A DNA stretch of 61,984 bases, from assembly GCA_964471825.1 (NCBI GenBank), contig CAYYKD010000002.1, forward strand, positions 68,901 to 130,884, read 5' to 3'. Below the pieces are notes generated by a model, which did not search any database, was not told where the DNA came from, and saw only the letters and a list, made by a program, of their open reading frames with translations. Source of the stretch: an uncultured Spirochaetales bacterium (GTDB lineage Bacteria; Spirochaetota; GWE2-31-10; CAYYKD01). This document shows positions 8,364 to 17,762 of this stretch, in pieces (position 1 is the stretch's first letter; the number at the start of each line of letters is the position of its first letter). The translations under genes were made by a program, and so were the position numbers.

Positions 8364-10484
8364 ATGAATATATTGAAGAGCTTGTTATATATATTTTTAT
8401 TATTAGTGTTTTTTTTTAGTTTTGGCTGTAGGTCTGACTACTTAGAACTTTCGGATAATGACAGTTGCAACATCGAGGGAGAGTGGGAGATTTATCCGTC
8501 AATATTTCTATATTCAGATAAGGTTGATCAATCAGAACTTAGGAAGCTTTTTTTCAGATTTCCATTTAATCCGGCAAGCTCCGCTAATAATTATGACTTT
8601 TATAATGATGCAGATCATGCTAAATCAAAGAAATCCGGTGATGGCTTTGGATATGGAACAATACGAAAATTGGTGGAGGTTGATCTTACATCTGATACGG
8701 TATATCTAAGGATACCTGAGATCCCCTCCAGTTATAATTTATGGATTAACGGTGTTTTTCGAGATAGTGTTGGAATCCCGGGTAAATCAAAGGCTGATAC
8801 TAAACCGGGTTACAGGATAGATTTTTATGAATTAAAAAATGGGAGAGACTTTACCGGCAATCAAGTTGAAATTGGCATAGAATATGCAAATTTTACCAAT
8901 AGAATGGCAACAGTCAGCCATAATTTAACCATTCATTCAAAGAGAGGGTTTGAAAGAACATTTTTCATTAACAATTTTGTTATCCTCCTCGTAAATGGAG
9001 TTCTACTATTTCTATTTATCTACTACGGACTTCTCTTTTTTATGAATCGAGTTTATTTGCAGAATCTATATTTTTCCCTGTTTGCTCTATCACTTTTGTT
9101 AAGACAGATAATTCTTGGGCAGGAGATAACCTCCGTTATATTTTATGGAATAAGCTGGCACCTGAAGTATACAGTCTGGTACATTCTGATTATCGTTCAG
9201 CTCTGGCTCTACAATCAATTTATTGCAACCTTGTTTAAATATGAAGCCTCAAAACTTATATCAAGGCTGTTGAGTGTAATATGTGTTGTCTATTCTATTT
9301 TTTGTGTATTCTCACAGCCTGAGGTTTTTACGGCTACTATTATATTTCCGCAGATGACCGCCCTCATGTTTGGTCTCTATGTTCATGTAGTCATTGTTAG
9401 GGCCATTATAAATAAAAGAAAAGGGGCGATTCTTGTTATCGTTGGTAACTTTGTTATGTTTCTTGCTGTAATAAATGATGTCCTGTATAGTCACGGTATC
9501 TTGCAGACAGGACGACTACTCACTATTGGTGCATTAGTGTTTATAATTGCACAGGCAAACCTTCTGGCGGTTGTGTATACTGATAATGTTCGAAAAATTG
9601 CAATGGTTACAGATCGACTTTCGCTTATAAATACAATCTACGGGTACTTTGTGCCGGCAGGATTAACATCATTGTTTAATAAAGAAAAAACAGGGGATGT
9701 TAAAGCGGGGGATTTTGTTACTAAGAAAATGTGTGTATTTATTCTAGATATCAGAGATTTTACCAGCCTATCTGAAACGATGTCAGCAAAAGAGTGTTTT
9801 GATTTTATCAATGGTTTTTTATCAGAGTTTGTTCCTGTTATTAAGCAATGTAGGGGCCTTATTACAGGGTTTGCAGGTGATCAGATTAATGGGTTGTTTG
9901 AAAAAAGTTCAGATGGAGTTGAGGCCTCTATCAAGATAGGCAGGTTATTGGCCCGTTACAATAAGGATCGTTTAAGTCAGGGGTTGGTTCAGATCAATAT
10001 TGGAATAGGTCTATGTACCGGTGAGGTCGTACTTGGGATAAGCGGTAATCAAAATAGGATACAACTGACAGCAGTCTCAGGAGAGGTCCAGAAAGCAATC
10101 CTTCTTGAATCTCTGACTAAATACACAGGCTCTATGATAATTGCTGATAAGTCGGTTCTCGATGATAGTGAGGACTCAATAAAACTCTCATCCAGGCGGA
10201 TAGGAAGGTACTCGGTTTCTCAAGGTGTCCAAAGTGATGCCTATGAGATGATCTTTAGTTTTATGCCAAAGTCGACTCTAAGACGGCTTGAAACAAAATA
10301 TCTATTTGAAAGAGCACTAAACGATCTTGAATCGGGCAGAATAGAGTCCGCAGGGGTGGAGTTTAGCTCATTACTTCAAGAAAACCCCAATGATGAGTTA
10401 ATCAAATGGTATCTTAGAGTTAAGAATTCTATAGTAAAATCTGAAAATATCTCAGTCAGTTTGGATGGTCTATATGAAGCATAA
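8364..10484 (+). CDS. 7TM-DISM receptor class III nucleotide cyclase, subunit A (metal-binding Asp pair present; K, N, R and KGK absent)
   Basis: Lipoprotein-like leader (FSFGC), extracytoplasmic beta domain (GEWEIY, YNLWING), about 7 TM helices, cyclase core LDIRDFT...AGDQ...IGIGLCTG and a C-terminal TPR-like hairpin. Confidence 0.88.
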   Translation: MNILKSLLYIFLLLVFFFSFGCRSDYLELSDNDSCNIEGEWEIYPSIFLYSDKVDQSELRKLFFRFPFNPASSANNYDFYNDADHAKSKKSGDGFGYGTIRKLVEVDLTSDTVYLRIPEIPSSYNLWINGVFRDSVGIPGKSKADTKPGYRIDFYELKNGRDFTGNQVEIGIEYANFTNRMATVSHNLTIHSKRGFERTFFINNFVILLVNGVLLFLFIYYGLLFFMNRVYLQNLYFSLFALSLLLRQIILGQEITSVIFYGISWHLKYTVWYILIIVQLWLYNQFIATLFKYEASKLISRLLSVICVVYSIFCVFSQPEVFTATIIFPQMTALMFGLYVHVVIVRAIINKRKGAILVIVGNFVMFLAVINDVLYSHGILQTGRLLTIGALVFIIAQANLLAVVYTDNVRKIAMVTDRLSLINTIYGYFVPAGLTSLFNKEKTGDVKAGDFVTKKMCVFILDIRDFTSLSETMSAKECFDFINGFLSEFVPVIKQCRGLITGFAGDQINGLFEKSSDGVEASIKIGRLLARYNKDRLSQGLVQINIGIGLCTGEVVLGISGNQNRIQLTAVSGEVQKAILLESLTKYTGSMIIADKSVLDDSEDSIKLSSRRIGRYSVSQGVQSDAYEMIFSFMPKSTLRRLETKYLFERALNDLESGRIESAGVEFSSLLQENPNDELIKWYLRVKNSIVKSENISVSLDGLYEA

Positions 10485-12756
10485 TTTTGTCGGATCATTT
10501 AATAAAGATGATCATAATAAAAACGATAACAACCAAGATGATCTAAATAAAAATGAGTTTAGTTTCTATGGGTTAAAATCTAATGGGATAATAGTAAAAT
10601 CACTAATTATTGCAGCGATCTATATCTCATTGATAGTTGTTTTGTCTGTGTTATCAAGTGTAAGCTCGGGATTTCAGGGCATAGTTTCAGTTAGAGATGG
10701 GGTTTCATATGTTAACTATAATCTGCTAATGGAAAATGGGAGTGTCGCAATAAATAATAATTGGGAGTTCTACTATAGACGATTGATCTCACCTGAGGAG
10801 TTTGCCGTTATAGATAATCTAGTTTTAAATGAGTTAGCCTCTGATAAGCTAGTCTTAGATAAAATGAGTCCGTTGATTGTTAAGACACCTGCTTCATGGA
10901 CCTCATATAGTGATAATCAAACTAGATATTCGGGTGACGGCTATGCTACTTACCGTCAGAGAATAATTATTGATACTGACACTAGACTGATAGTCAGATT
11001 TAGAAAGATCGGAACTTCGTGCAGAGTCTGGATAAATGGGTTAGAGAGAATAACAGGCGGGGTTGTTGGAACTGACATTAATACTACAATACCGGGGTAC
11101 AACCGTACATTTGCAATTGTTGAGCCTAAGGATGGACAGCTTGATATTGTGGTACAGGCGGCCAATTTTCACCATAGATCAGGTGGGATTAGGGAGTCTA
11201 TAGAGATAGGCACTATCCCGTTGATGCGCAGGAATATATATATCATCAACACTATTGAGATTCTATCACTTGGAATGCTTTTTATCATATTTGTATATCA
11301 TCTCATGCTCTTTGTAGCGTACCGTGAAAGGGTAGAATACCTGTTTTTTTCACTCTTTTGCCTGTCAATATCGATAAGATTTTTTATTGATTCATCTGAG
11401 GTTCTGTTTTATATATCAAGGATAGTCGATTGGCGATCGTTGGTAATTCTTGACTATCTCACAGTGGTAACCAGCCCATATCTATACTTTATGTTCCTTG
11501 CTTCGATCTATCCTCTAAGATTCTCTAAAATTGAGAAGATGATCGTTACATATGATGTCTTTGTTTTTTCATTGTTTGTACTATTTACTCCTGTGAAGGT
11601 ATTTACCGGTGCAAATGAGCTTCTATATGGTCATTTTGTATGTGTCGGGATCTATATGGTGGTAAAAATTGTCTATGCAGTTATCAAGAAGGAAAAGGAT
11701 GCGATCTATATTCTTACTGCAGTCTCTATACTCTTTGGTGCATCGATCTACGACCTTCTTTCTTCAATTGATCTTTATAGCGGTAATTACTATTTTCATA
11801 TTGGGATGATGTTTTTTCTTTCTATTCAGTCTGTTGTTCTTGCGGGTAGGGTGAATAGCAATCTAGAAAGAAGTCATCAGCTGCAGAGGGAGTATGAGGT
11901 TACAAATAGAAACTATGAAAGGTTTGTTCCTGCTGAGTTTATCTCAAAGTTAGGTAAGAAAGATATTGTAGAGTTGAAACAGGGAGATTTTATAATTGAT
12001 GATATTACTATTGCATTTATCGGACTGACTAGGGGGCGAGAAGAGTATAACAGATTAACAGATGTCGATAGAATTAGATTTTTAAATAAAATGATAGATA
12101 TTATCAATAGCTCTCTGGAAAACAACGGCGGTTTTATAGATAAGTTGACTGTTACCGATATAATGGTTATCTTTCCTGACAATCCTCAAAATGCATATCG
12201 GGTCTGTAGAAGGATTATGGAGGAGACCGAACGATATTTTAATGAGTCTGAGTATAATATCCGACTTGGAATCGGGATTCACACAGGTGAGGCGGTTCTG
12301 GGTATTATTGGTGAACAGGAGCGAATGGAGAGTACGGTTATATCTGATGCGGTAAATCTTGCAAGTAGAATAAAGAATCTAAATAGTTATTTTGATACCG
12401 GAATGTTAGTAACTAATTCTACCTACGCCGGTTTATCAGATGAGGTTTTCTATAACTCAAGATTTCTCGGGCGGGTCAAGGTCAAGGGAAAGAATGAATC
12501 AGTAAATATATTTGAGGTGTTTACTGATAATAAGCCTGACACCATCATTAAGATTAACACAAAAGACTATTTTGAGAGTGGACTTTTTGCCTATCACAAA
12601 AAAGATATGCAGACTGCAAAGAGGGTGTTTTCGGAGATATATTCCTCAAATCCATCTGATAAGCTATGTAGTTATTACCTTGAGAGGTCGTGTTTCTTTA
12701 TAGATAATCCACAGATGCTTGATGAAGAGCTGTTTGAAGTAATTAAGAAAAAATAG
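10465..12756 (+). CDS. 7TM-DISM receptor class III nucleotide cyclase, subunit B (K/T, N/R and KGK present; metal-binding Asp pair absent)
   Basis: N-terminal TM, sensor domain (NWEFYY, GYATYR, RVWING, ANFHHRSGG), about 7 TM helices, cyclase core FIDK...IGIHTG...TVISDAVNLASR...RVKVKGK. The start may be 10474; either start overlaps the upstream gene. Confidence 0.9.
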   Translation: MVYMKHNFVGSFNKDDHNKNDNNQDDLNKNEFSFYGLKSNGIIVKSLIIAAIYISLIVVLSVLSSVSSGFQGIVSVRDGVSYVNYNLLMENGSVAINNNWEFYYRRLISPEEFAVIDNLVLNELASDKLVLDKMSPLIVKTPASWTSYSDNQTRYSGDGYATYRQRIIIDTDTRLIVRFRKIGTSCRVWINGLERITGGVVGTDINTTIPGYNRTFAIVEPKDGQLDIVVQAANFHHRSGGIRESIEIGTIPLMRRNIYIINTIEILSLGMLFIIFVYHLMLFVAYRERVEYLFFSLFCLSISIRFFIDSSEVLFYISRIVDWRSLVILDYLTVVTSPYLYFMFLASIYPLRFSKIEKMIVTYDVFVFSLFVLFTPVKVFTGANELLYGHFVCVGIYMVVKIVYAVIKKEKDAIYILTAVSILFGASIYDLLSSIDLYSGNYYFHIGMMFFLSIQSVVLAGRVNSNLERSHQLQREYEVTNRNYERFVPAEFISKLGKKDIVELKQGDFIIDDITIAFIGLTRGREEYNRLTDVDRIRFLNKMIDIINSSLENNGGFIDKLTVTDIMVIFPDNPQNAYRVCRRIMEETERYFNESEYNIRLGIGIHTGEAVLGIIGEQERMESTVISDAVNLASRIKNLNSYFDTGMLVTNSTYAGLSDEVFYNSRFLGRVKVKGKNESVNIFEVFTDNKPDTIIKINTKDYFESGLFAYHKKDMQTAKRVFSEIYSSNPSDKLCSYYLERSCFFIDNPQMLDEELFEVIKKK

Positions 12757-12775
12757 ATATGTTTAGAGGGATTTT

Positions 12776-13468
12776 ATGAATAATGCAATTGTAACCGGAG
12801 CATCTTCCGGTATAGGTAAGGATATAGCTTTATATCTTATAAAAAATGGATTCAATGTACTGGGACTTTCAAGAAGTGATCCTAAGATAGATGACCCTAA
12901 TTTTAAACATCATAGAATAGACCTCTCAAAAACATCTGATATATCAAAAAATCTAAAGCCAATAATTAATAACCTTGAATCAATTGATCTTCTTGTTCAC
13001 TCGGCAGGATTTGGTCTGTTTGGGCATCATGAAACCTTAAATATTGAAAAGGTTCAAGAGATGATTGATGTTAATCTATCGTCACCGATAAAAATCACCT
13101 CATTATGTTTACGAAAGATAAAAATGTGTAAGGGAACAGTCATTTTTATCTCCTCTATAACTGCAAGAATTTCTGCATCAATGGGGAGTGCCTATGCGGC
13201 GACTAAGGCAGGTATATCAAGTTTTGCTTCAAACCTATTTGAGGAAAATCGTAAATATGGTGTTAAAATTTCAAATATTCTACCTGATATAACAGATACC
13301 CCATTCTATAACTCCTTGAATTTTAAACCTTCCTCTGATAATCAGTCTTTTATTACGACTGAATGTATAGTAAATGCAGTTGAAATGATTCTAAAATCAC
13401 GAGTTGAGACTGTTATAACTGAAGTTGTCTTACGACCGCAAAGGGTAATCATAGATTTTAAACGATGA
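12776..13468 (+). CDS. Short-chain dehydrogenase/reductase (SDR)
   Basis: TGASSGIG Rossmann motif, HSAG, catalytic S...YAATK. Confidence 0.92.
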   Translation: MNNAIVTGASSGIGKDIALYLIKNGFNVLGLSRSDPKIDDPNFKHHRIDLSKTSDISKNLKPIINNLESIDLLVHSAGFGLFGHHETLNIEKVQEMIDVNLSSPIKITSLCLRKIKMCKGTVIFISSITARISASMGSAYAATKAGISSFASNLFEENRKYGVKISNILPDITDTPFYNSLNFKPSSDNQSFITTECIVNAVEMILKSRVETVITEVVLRPQRVIIDFKR

Positions 13469-13526
13469 TATGACCTTATTAAGTAAACTGTATTAATAAG
13501 TGTCTTATAAAAAACTTATTCATTAT

Positions 13527-13555
13527 TTGACAAACCGTAAAACTTGTTATATTCT
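13527..13555 (+). promoter_or_regulatory. Candidate sigma70 promoter upstream of the MCP gene
   Basis: TTGACA-N17-TATTCT. Confidence 0.5.
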
Positions 13556-13628
13556 TTAATTATCATATAAGTTTAATTTTTCAGTTTGAGTATTTATTGA
13601 AATTCATATCGAAGTGGATTTAATAATG

Positions 13629-13648
13629 CAGATAGGTTTACTTATCTG
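13629..13648. promoter_or_regulatory. Near-perfect palindrome CAGATAGGT-TT-ACTTATCTG in the MCP leader (operator or RNA hairpin)
   Basis: 9-bp arms with one G-T mismatch, between the promoter candidate and ATG 13731. Confidence 0.35.
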
Positions 13649-13730
13649 TTTTAATTTATTGATGTCTTTTTATTATCGATAGTTTTTTAATAATAGTTTT
13701 TTAATAATTGATATTTTAACTTATTACCTT

Positions 13731-15770
13731 ATGGAGGTCTCTATGAACATTGGAAGAGAGTCAAAGATAAAATTGATGTTTTTTTTTGTAATATCTGAGC
13801 TTATTGTTTTAGTATTTATGGATTTTATTCTCTATCCTGTACTTGGGTTGGAGTTTAACATGATTATTAGTGGTTCCAGAAACACATTTATTATACAGAT
13901 GTCTATTCTAATTATTTTTTCGATTATTTTATTGAGACTTATAAGACCGTTTGATAAGCTGAATAGTGATTCAATATCAGAGGATGAGAGAGCCAGGATA
14001 TTATCTGTAGAGAAAAAAATTATGGGAATTATTGTAATTCTTAACTCGGCAGGCTATATAGTCGGGCCGATTCTCGGTGGAATGGCAAGAATGTATCTTG
14101 TTGACGGATTTCTAAGGAATGCCACAGTGAGACTAATGATTTCCTCTTTCTTCCTGGGTCCCGCTGTTGGAATAGTTCAGATCATATATACCTCAACACT
14201 ATTTCATCGAATAAAATCAAAATTAAATATTATTGAATTCACAATTGATAGATATAGCTTAACCCTAAGGAAAAAAACTGTCCTTATTTTAGCAGTGTTT
14301 ATTGCATTTATCAGTGTGTCATCTCTTTTAATTGTATATACTGCTATAGAGAGAGCATCAGGTTTGAGTAATATATTTCTTGTTGTTAAGGATGGTGTTC
14401 TACCTGAATATGCCTCTGATACAGATAGACTCATTAAATTATCTATTGCTTCTAATGATCCCATGATTGTTGAGCTAGCCGGTCGCGTGGAGAAGCAGAG
14501 GAATGATATGGGTATTTATCAAAAAATTATAGCTCTAATGGCTGTTCTAATTTTTTTATTTGTATTTATAGGTATATTCTTGTTTGCCTCAAACCTCTCG
14601 GAACTAATGCAGAGTCTTGTGAGGGGGATTAAGAATATTATTTCTGCCGAAAATAAGGGTAGCAGATTTGTTGTAAAAACAGATGCTGCTGAGATTGGAG
14701 AAATCCAGGTACTTATAAATAATCTTATAGTATCATTAAATAATAAATTCTTGAAGATCTATAGCAGTGCCAATGAGATAATTGAATTGACAGGAAATGA
14801 GAAAGAGCATATAGAAGAACTACTCGGCTCTACAGAGGATATCTATAAGAATGTAGGGGAACTCTCAGTAAGTCTTGATAAACAGGTTGCCAATACAAGG
14901 GAGACCTCGGTTGTTCTTCGGGACACGGTGAAGAGTATCAATGGAAATCTGTTAATGATCTCAGAGCAGTCAGCGATGGTCGAACAGATGAGTGCATCAT
15001 TGACTGAGATGATAGCTTCGCTTAATTCTGTAACCAATTCTATAGAGAATGCTGCCGGATTGATAAGTAAACTTTCTGAGGCATCATTCTATGGCATGGA
15101 ACAGATTGATGAAATGAAAGAAACAATAAGTGATATCTCCAGAGTCGGTGAGGTTATTGGTGGAATAGCAGGGACAATTGAGCAGATAAATGACAAGACC
15201 TCGATTCTTGCCCTGAATGCTGCAATTGAGGCTGCTCATGCAGGGGAGAGAGGAAAGGGCTTTGCGGTAGTTGCAGATGAGGTCAGGAAACTTGCTGAGA
15301 GTACCGGGGGACAGACAAAAGAAATAACTGAACATCTAAAGAGTTTGCGATTAACAATAGATAAGACAGTCTCAAATTCTGTATCTGTCAGCGATGCTAT
15401 TGAGAAAATAAGGGAGGGCGTTGAGGTCACTAATACTCTGATTGTTGAACTTGATAATGCCTCCAGAGAACAGATGATAAATTCTAATGAGAATATGAAG
15501 GCTGTAACCAGGCTTGTTGAAAATACAGGTGTTCTTCTTAAGAATATTGAGGATCAGAAGCAGCAGAATGAGTTTCTTGGTAGAATTGCACTCTCTAATG
15601 AGGCATCAGCTGATGAGATTAGTGTAATTAAGGATAGGCAGGTAAAATATTTTAGTGAGCTAAAGAGTCATTTTGAGAGTTTCTATGGGTATTTTACGAA
15701 GGTAAGCGGCAAACTTCGAGAACTTGAGACTAATTTTGATGATATTGATTTTAGGGATGAACAAAGATAA
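13731..15770 (+). CDS. Methyl-accepting chemotaxis protein with polytopic membrane N-terminus
   Basis: Multiple TM helices, HAMP-like segment (AEIGEI...IN), hairpin tip [32 protein letters not shown]. Confidence 0.93.
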   Translation: MEVSMNIGRESKIKLMFFFVISELIVLVFMDFILYPVLGLEFNMIISGSRNTFIIQMSILIIFSIILLRLIRPFDKLNSDSISEDERARILSVEKKIMGIIVILNSAGYIVGPILGGMARMYLVDGFLRNATVRLMISSFFLGPAVGIVQIIYTSTLFHRIKSKLNIIEFTIDRYSLTLRKKTVLILAVFIAFISVSSLLIVYTAIERASGLSNIFLVVKDGVLPEYASDTDRLIKLSIASNDPMIVELAGRVEKQRNDMGIYQKIIALMAVLIFLFVFIGIFLFASNLSELMQSLVRGIKNIISAENKGSRFVVKTDAAEIGEIQVLINNLIVSLNNKFLKIYSSANEIIELTGNEKEHIEELLGSTEDIYKNVGELSVSLDKQVANTRETSVVLRDTVKSINGNLLMISEQSAMVEQMSASLTEMIASLNSVTNSIENAAGLISKLSEASFYGMEQIDEMKETISDISRVGEVIGGIAGTIEQINDKTSILALNAAIEAAHAGERGKGFAVVADEVRKLAESTGGQTKEITEHLKSLRLTIDKTVSNSVSVSDAIEKIREGVEVTNTLIVELDNASREQMINSNENMKAVTRLVENTGVLLKNIEDQKQQNEFLGRIALSNEASADEISVIKDRQVKYFSELKSHFESFYGYFTKVSGKLRELETNFDDIDFRDEQR

Positions 15771-15834
15771 TTAAGAAATGATAAAGAAATTAAAGATGAT
15801 TTTGATAGCATAAAGGATTTTTCAACTTAGATAG

Positions 15835-16599
15835 ATGAGGAGTAGAGTTATGGATTTTTCAAATATTAGACCAATTTCACTAAGCACGGATTCTGAGGTC
15901 GGAGTACTTGTCAGTCATGGTTTTACAAGCACACCCGAGTCGATGCGTCCCCTCTGCGAGGCTCTGCATAAAGCAGGCTACAATGTAGAATGTCCGATTC
16001 TATCAGGACATGCAACAAACTGGAAAGATCCGGGTAACTATAAGTACACTGATTGGCTTAACGATCTTGAAAAAGCTCTTGATAAATTAAGGGGACGGAG
16101 TAAGATTGTGTTTCTTGCCGGCCTTTCTATGGGGGGGGCTCTTTTACTTCTCTTGGTTCAGAAGTATCCGGATCTATTTAAGGGGATAGTACTTATAAAT
16201 AATTCTGCTGTCTTTGATGACATAAAGATTAAATTATTACCCATAATTAAATATTTTGTCAGGTCAGCACCACCTGTTGCATCTGATATAAAGAAAGAAG
16301 GGGAAAGAGAGATTGCCTATGATAAACTGATAACAAGCTCTGTGGTTCAACTAGTAAAACTAAATAAGATTATGGTCAGAAATCTTAATAAGGTTGAGAT
16401 TCCTGTGTTGATATTCAAGTCAAGAGAGGATCATGTTGTTCCTTCAAGATCAGCACTTACTGTTTATGAGGGTGTGAAGTCTGAGGATAGAGAGCTAGTC
16501 TGGCTTGATAATTCATACCATGTGGCTACTCAAGATAATGATAGTGAGTTTATGTTTAGCAGAATAATCGATTTCATTAAGAAAAGAATCGGAGACTAA
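15835..16599 (+). CDS. Alpha/beta-hydrolase, carboxylesterase (Est30/YvaK-like)
   Basis: HGFTSTP oxyanion motif, GLSMGG nucleophile elbow, DHVV and SYHV triad residues. Confidence 0.88.
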   Translation: MRSRVMDFSNIRPISLSTDSEVGVLVSHGFTSTPESMRPLCEALHKAGYNVECPILSGHATNWKDPGNYKYTDWLNDLEKALDKLRGRSKIVFLAGLSMGGALLLLLVQKYPDLFKGIVLINNSAVFDDIKIKLLPIIKYFVRSAPPVASDIKKEGEREIAYDKLITSSVVQLVKLNKIMVRNLNKVEIPVLIFKSREDHVVPSRSALTVYEGVKSEDRELVWLDNSYHVATQDNDSEFMFSRIIDFIKKRIGD

Positions 16600-16601
16600 T
16601 T

Positions 16602-17762
16602 ATGGAGTATCGTGAAGCTGCGTATAATTTCTTTAAAGGTTCCGAAGATCTGAGGTTTTTCTTTGCTCCGGGAAGAGTAAATCTTATTGGTGAGCATATT
16701 GATTATAATGGAGGGCCGGTTTTACCCTGTGCACTCTCTATCGGCATATATGCTGCTGTGAGAGATCGGGGGGATAATATAGTATCGCTTAACTCAGATT
16801 CTCAAAAGTTATCAATAGAATTTAATTTAGATGATAGTATAGAATATCGAGAGGAAGATGGCTGGACTAACTATCCAAAAGGGGTAATCTCTGCATTGAT
16901 TGATGCAGGCTATAGATTGAAGGGGGGAGACCTGTATTTCTATTCTACATTGCCTTCAAGTTCCGGTCTATCAAGTTCAGCCGCTTTAGAATTACTAACT
17001 GCCTATGCAATACTTATGGCAAGTGGTTATAGAGATGAAGAAATTGATAGAGTGAAACTTGCAATTCTTTGCATGACTGTTGAGAATAAGTTTGTTGGGG
17101 TGGACTGTGGTATAATGGATCAGTTCGCAGTAGCAATGGGGAAAAAGGATCATGCTGTATTGCTAAACTGTGATTCTCTTAATTATAGGATGATACCGGT
17201 TAACCTTGGGGAATATTCGGTAGTTATTATGAATACCGGAAAAAAGAGATCACTTGCTAACTCACAATTTAATCAAAGAGTTGAGGAGTGTAGAAGGGCA
17301 CTGGCTATACTTAGAGACAGACTTGACATTAAGAATCTTTCTGAAATAGATTCACTTGACAGTCTTGAGATTCTAAGAGATGATATTTTAATCAGACGAG
17401 TAAGGCATATTGTAACAGAGACTAAAAGAGTTCTAAGAAGTTGTGAATTGCTAGAAAATAATAAACTTATTGAGTTTGGTCAGATTTTGACCCAGTCTCA
17501 TATTTCATTAAAGTACGATTTTGAGGCAAGCTGTTACGAACTTGATGTAATAACAGATGAGGCTATGAAGATAGATGGAACGCTTGGAGCTAGGATGACA
17601 GGTGCCGGTTGGGGTGGGTGTGCCTTAGCTATAACTAAGACTAGTCAGGTGGCAAGTCTTGTAAAAAAAGTTTCCAAGGTTTATAAGGGGTTAACGGATA
17701 TAAAACCATCATTCTATACAGGTGCGATTGAAAGTGGGGTAAGGGAGATCAAAGATGCGTAG
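16602..17762 (+). CDS. galK: Galactokinase (GHMP kinase)
   Basis: APGRVNLIGEHIDYNGG, LPSSSGLSSSAALE, CGIMDQF and GARMTGAGWGGC. Confidence 0.92.
   Translation: MEYREAAYNFFKGSEDLRFFFAPGRVNLIGEHIDYNGGPVLPCALSIGIYAAVRDRGDNIVSLNSDSQKLSIEFNLDDSIEYREEDGWTNYPKGVISALIDAGYRLKGGDLYFYSTLPSSSGLSSSAALELLTAYAILMASGYRDEEIDRVKLAILCMTVENKFVGVDCGIMDQFAVAMGKKDHAVLLNCDSLNYRMIPVNLGEYSVVIMNTGKKRSLANSQFNQRVEECRRALAILRDRLDIKNLSEIDSLDSLEILRDDILIRRVRHIVTETKRVLRSCELLENNKLIEFGQILTQSHISLKYDFEASCYELDVITDEAMKIDGTLGARMTGAGWGGCALAITKTSQVASLVKKVSKVYKGLTDIKPSFYTGAIESGVREIKDA

Noticed and set aside
8364-12756. Interpreting the two cyclases as decaying pseudogenes
   Set aside because: Both frames are full length with intact sensor, TM and TPR-like regions, and the losses are precisely complementary rather than random.
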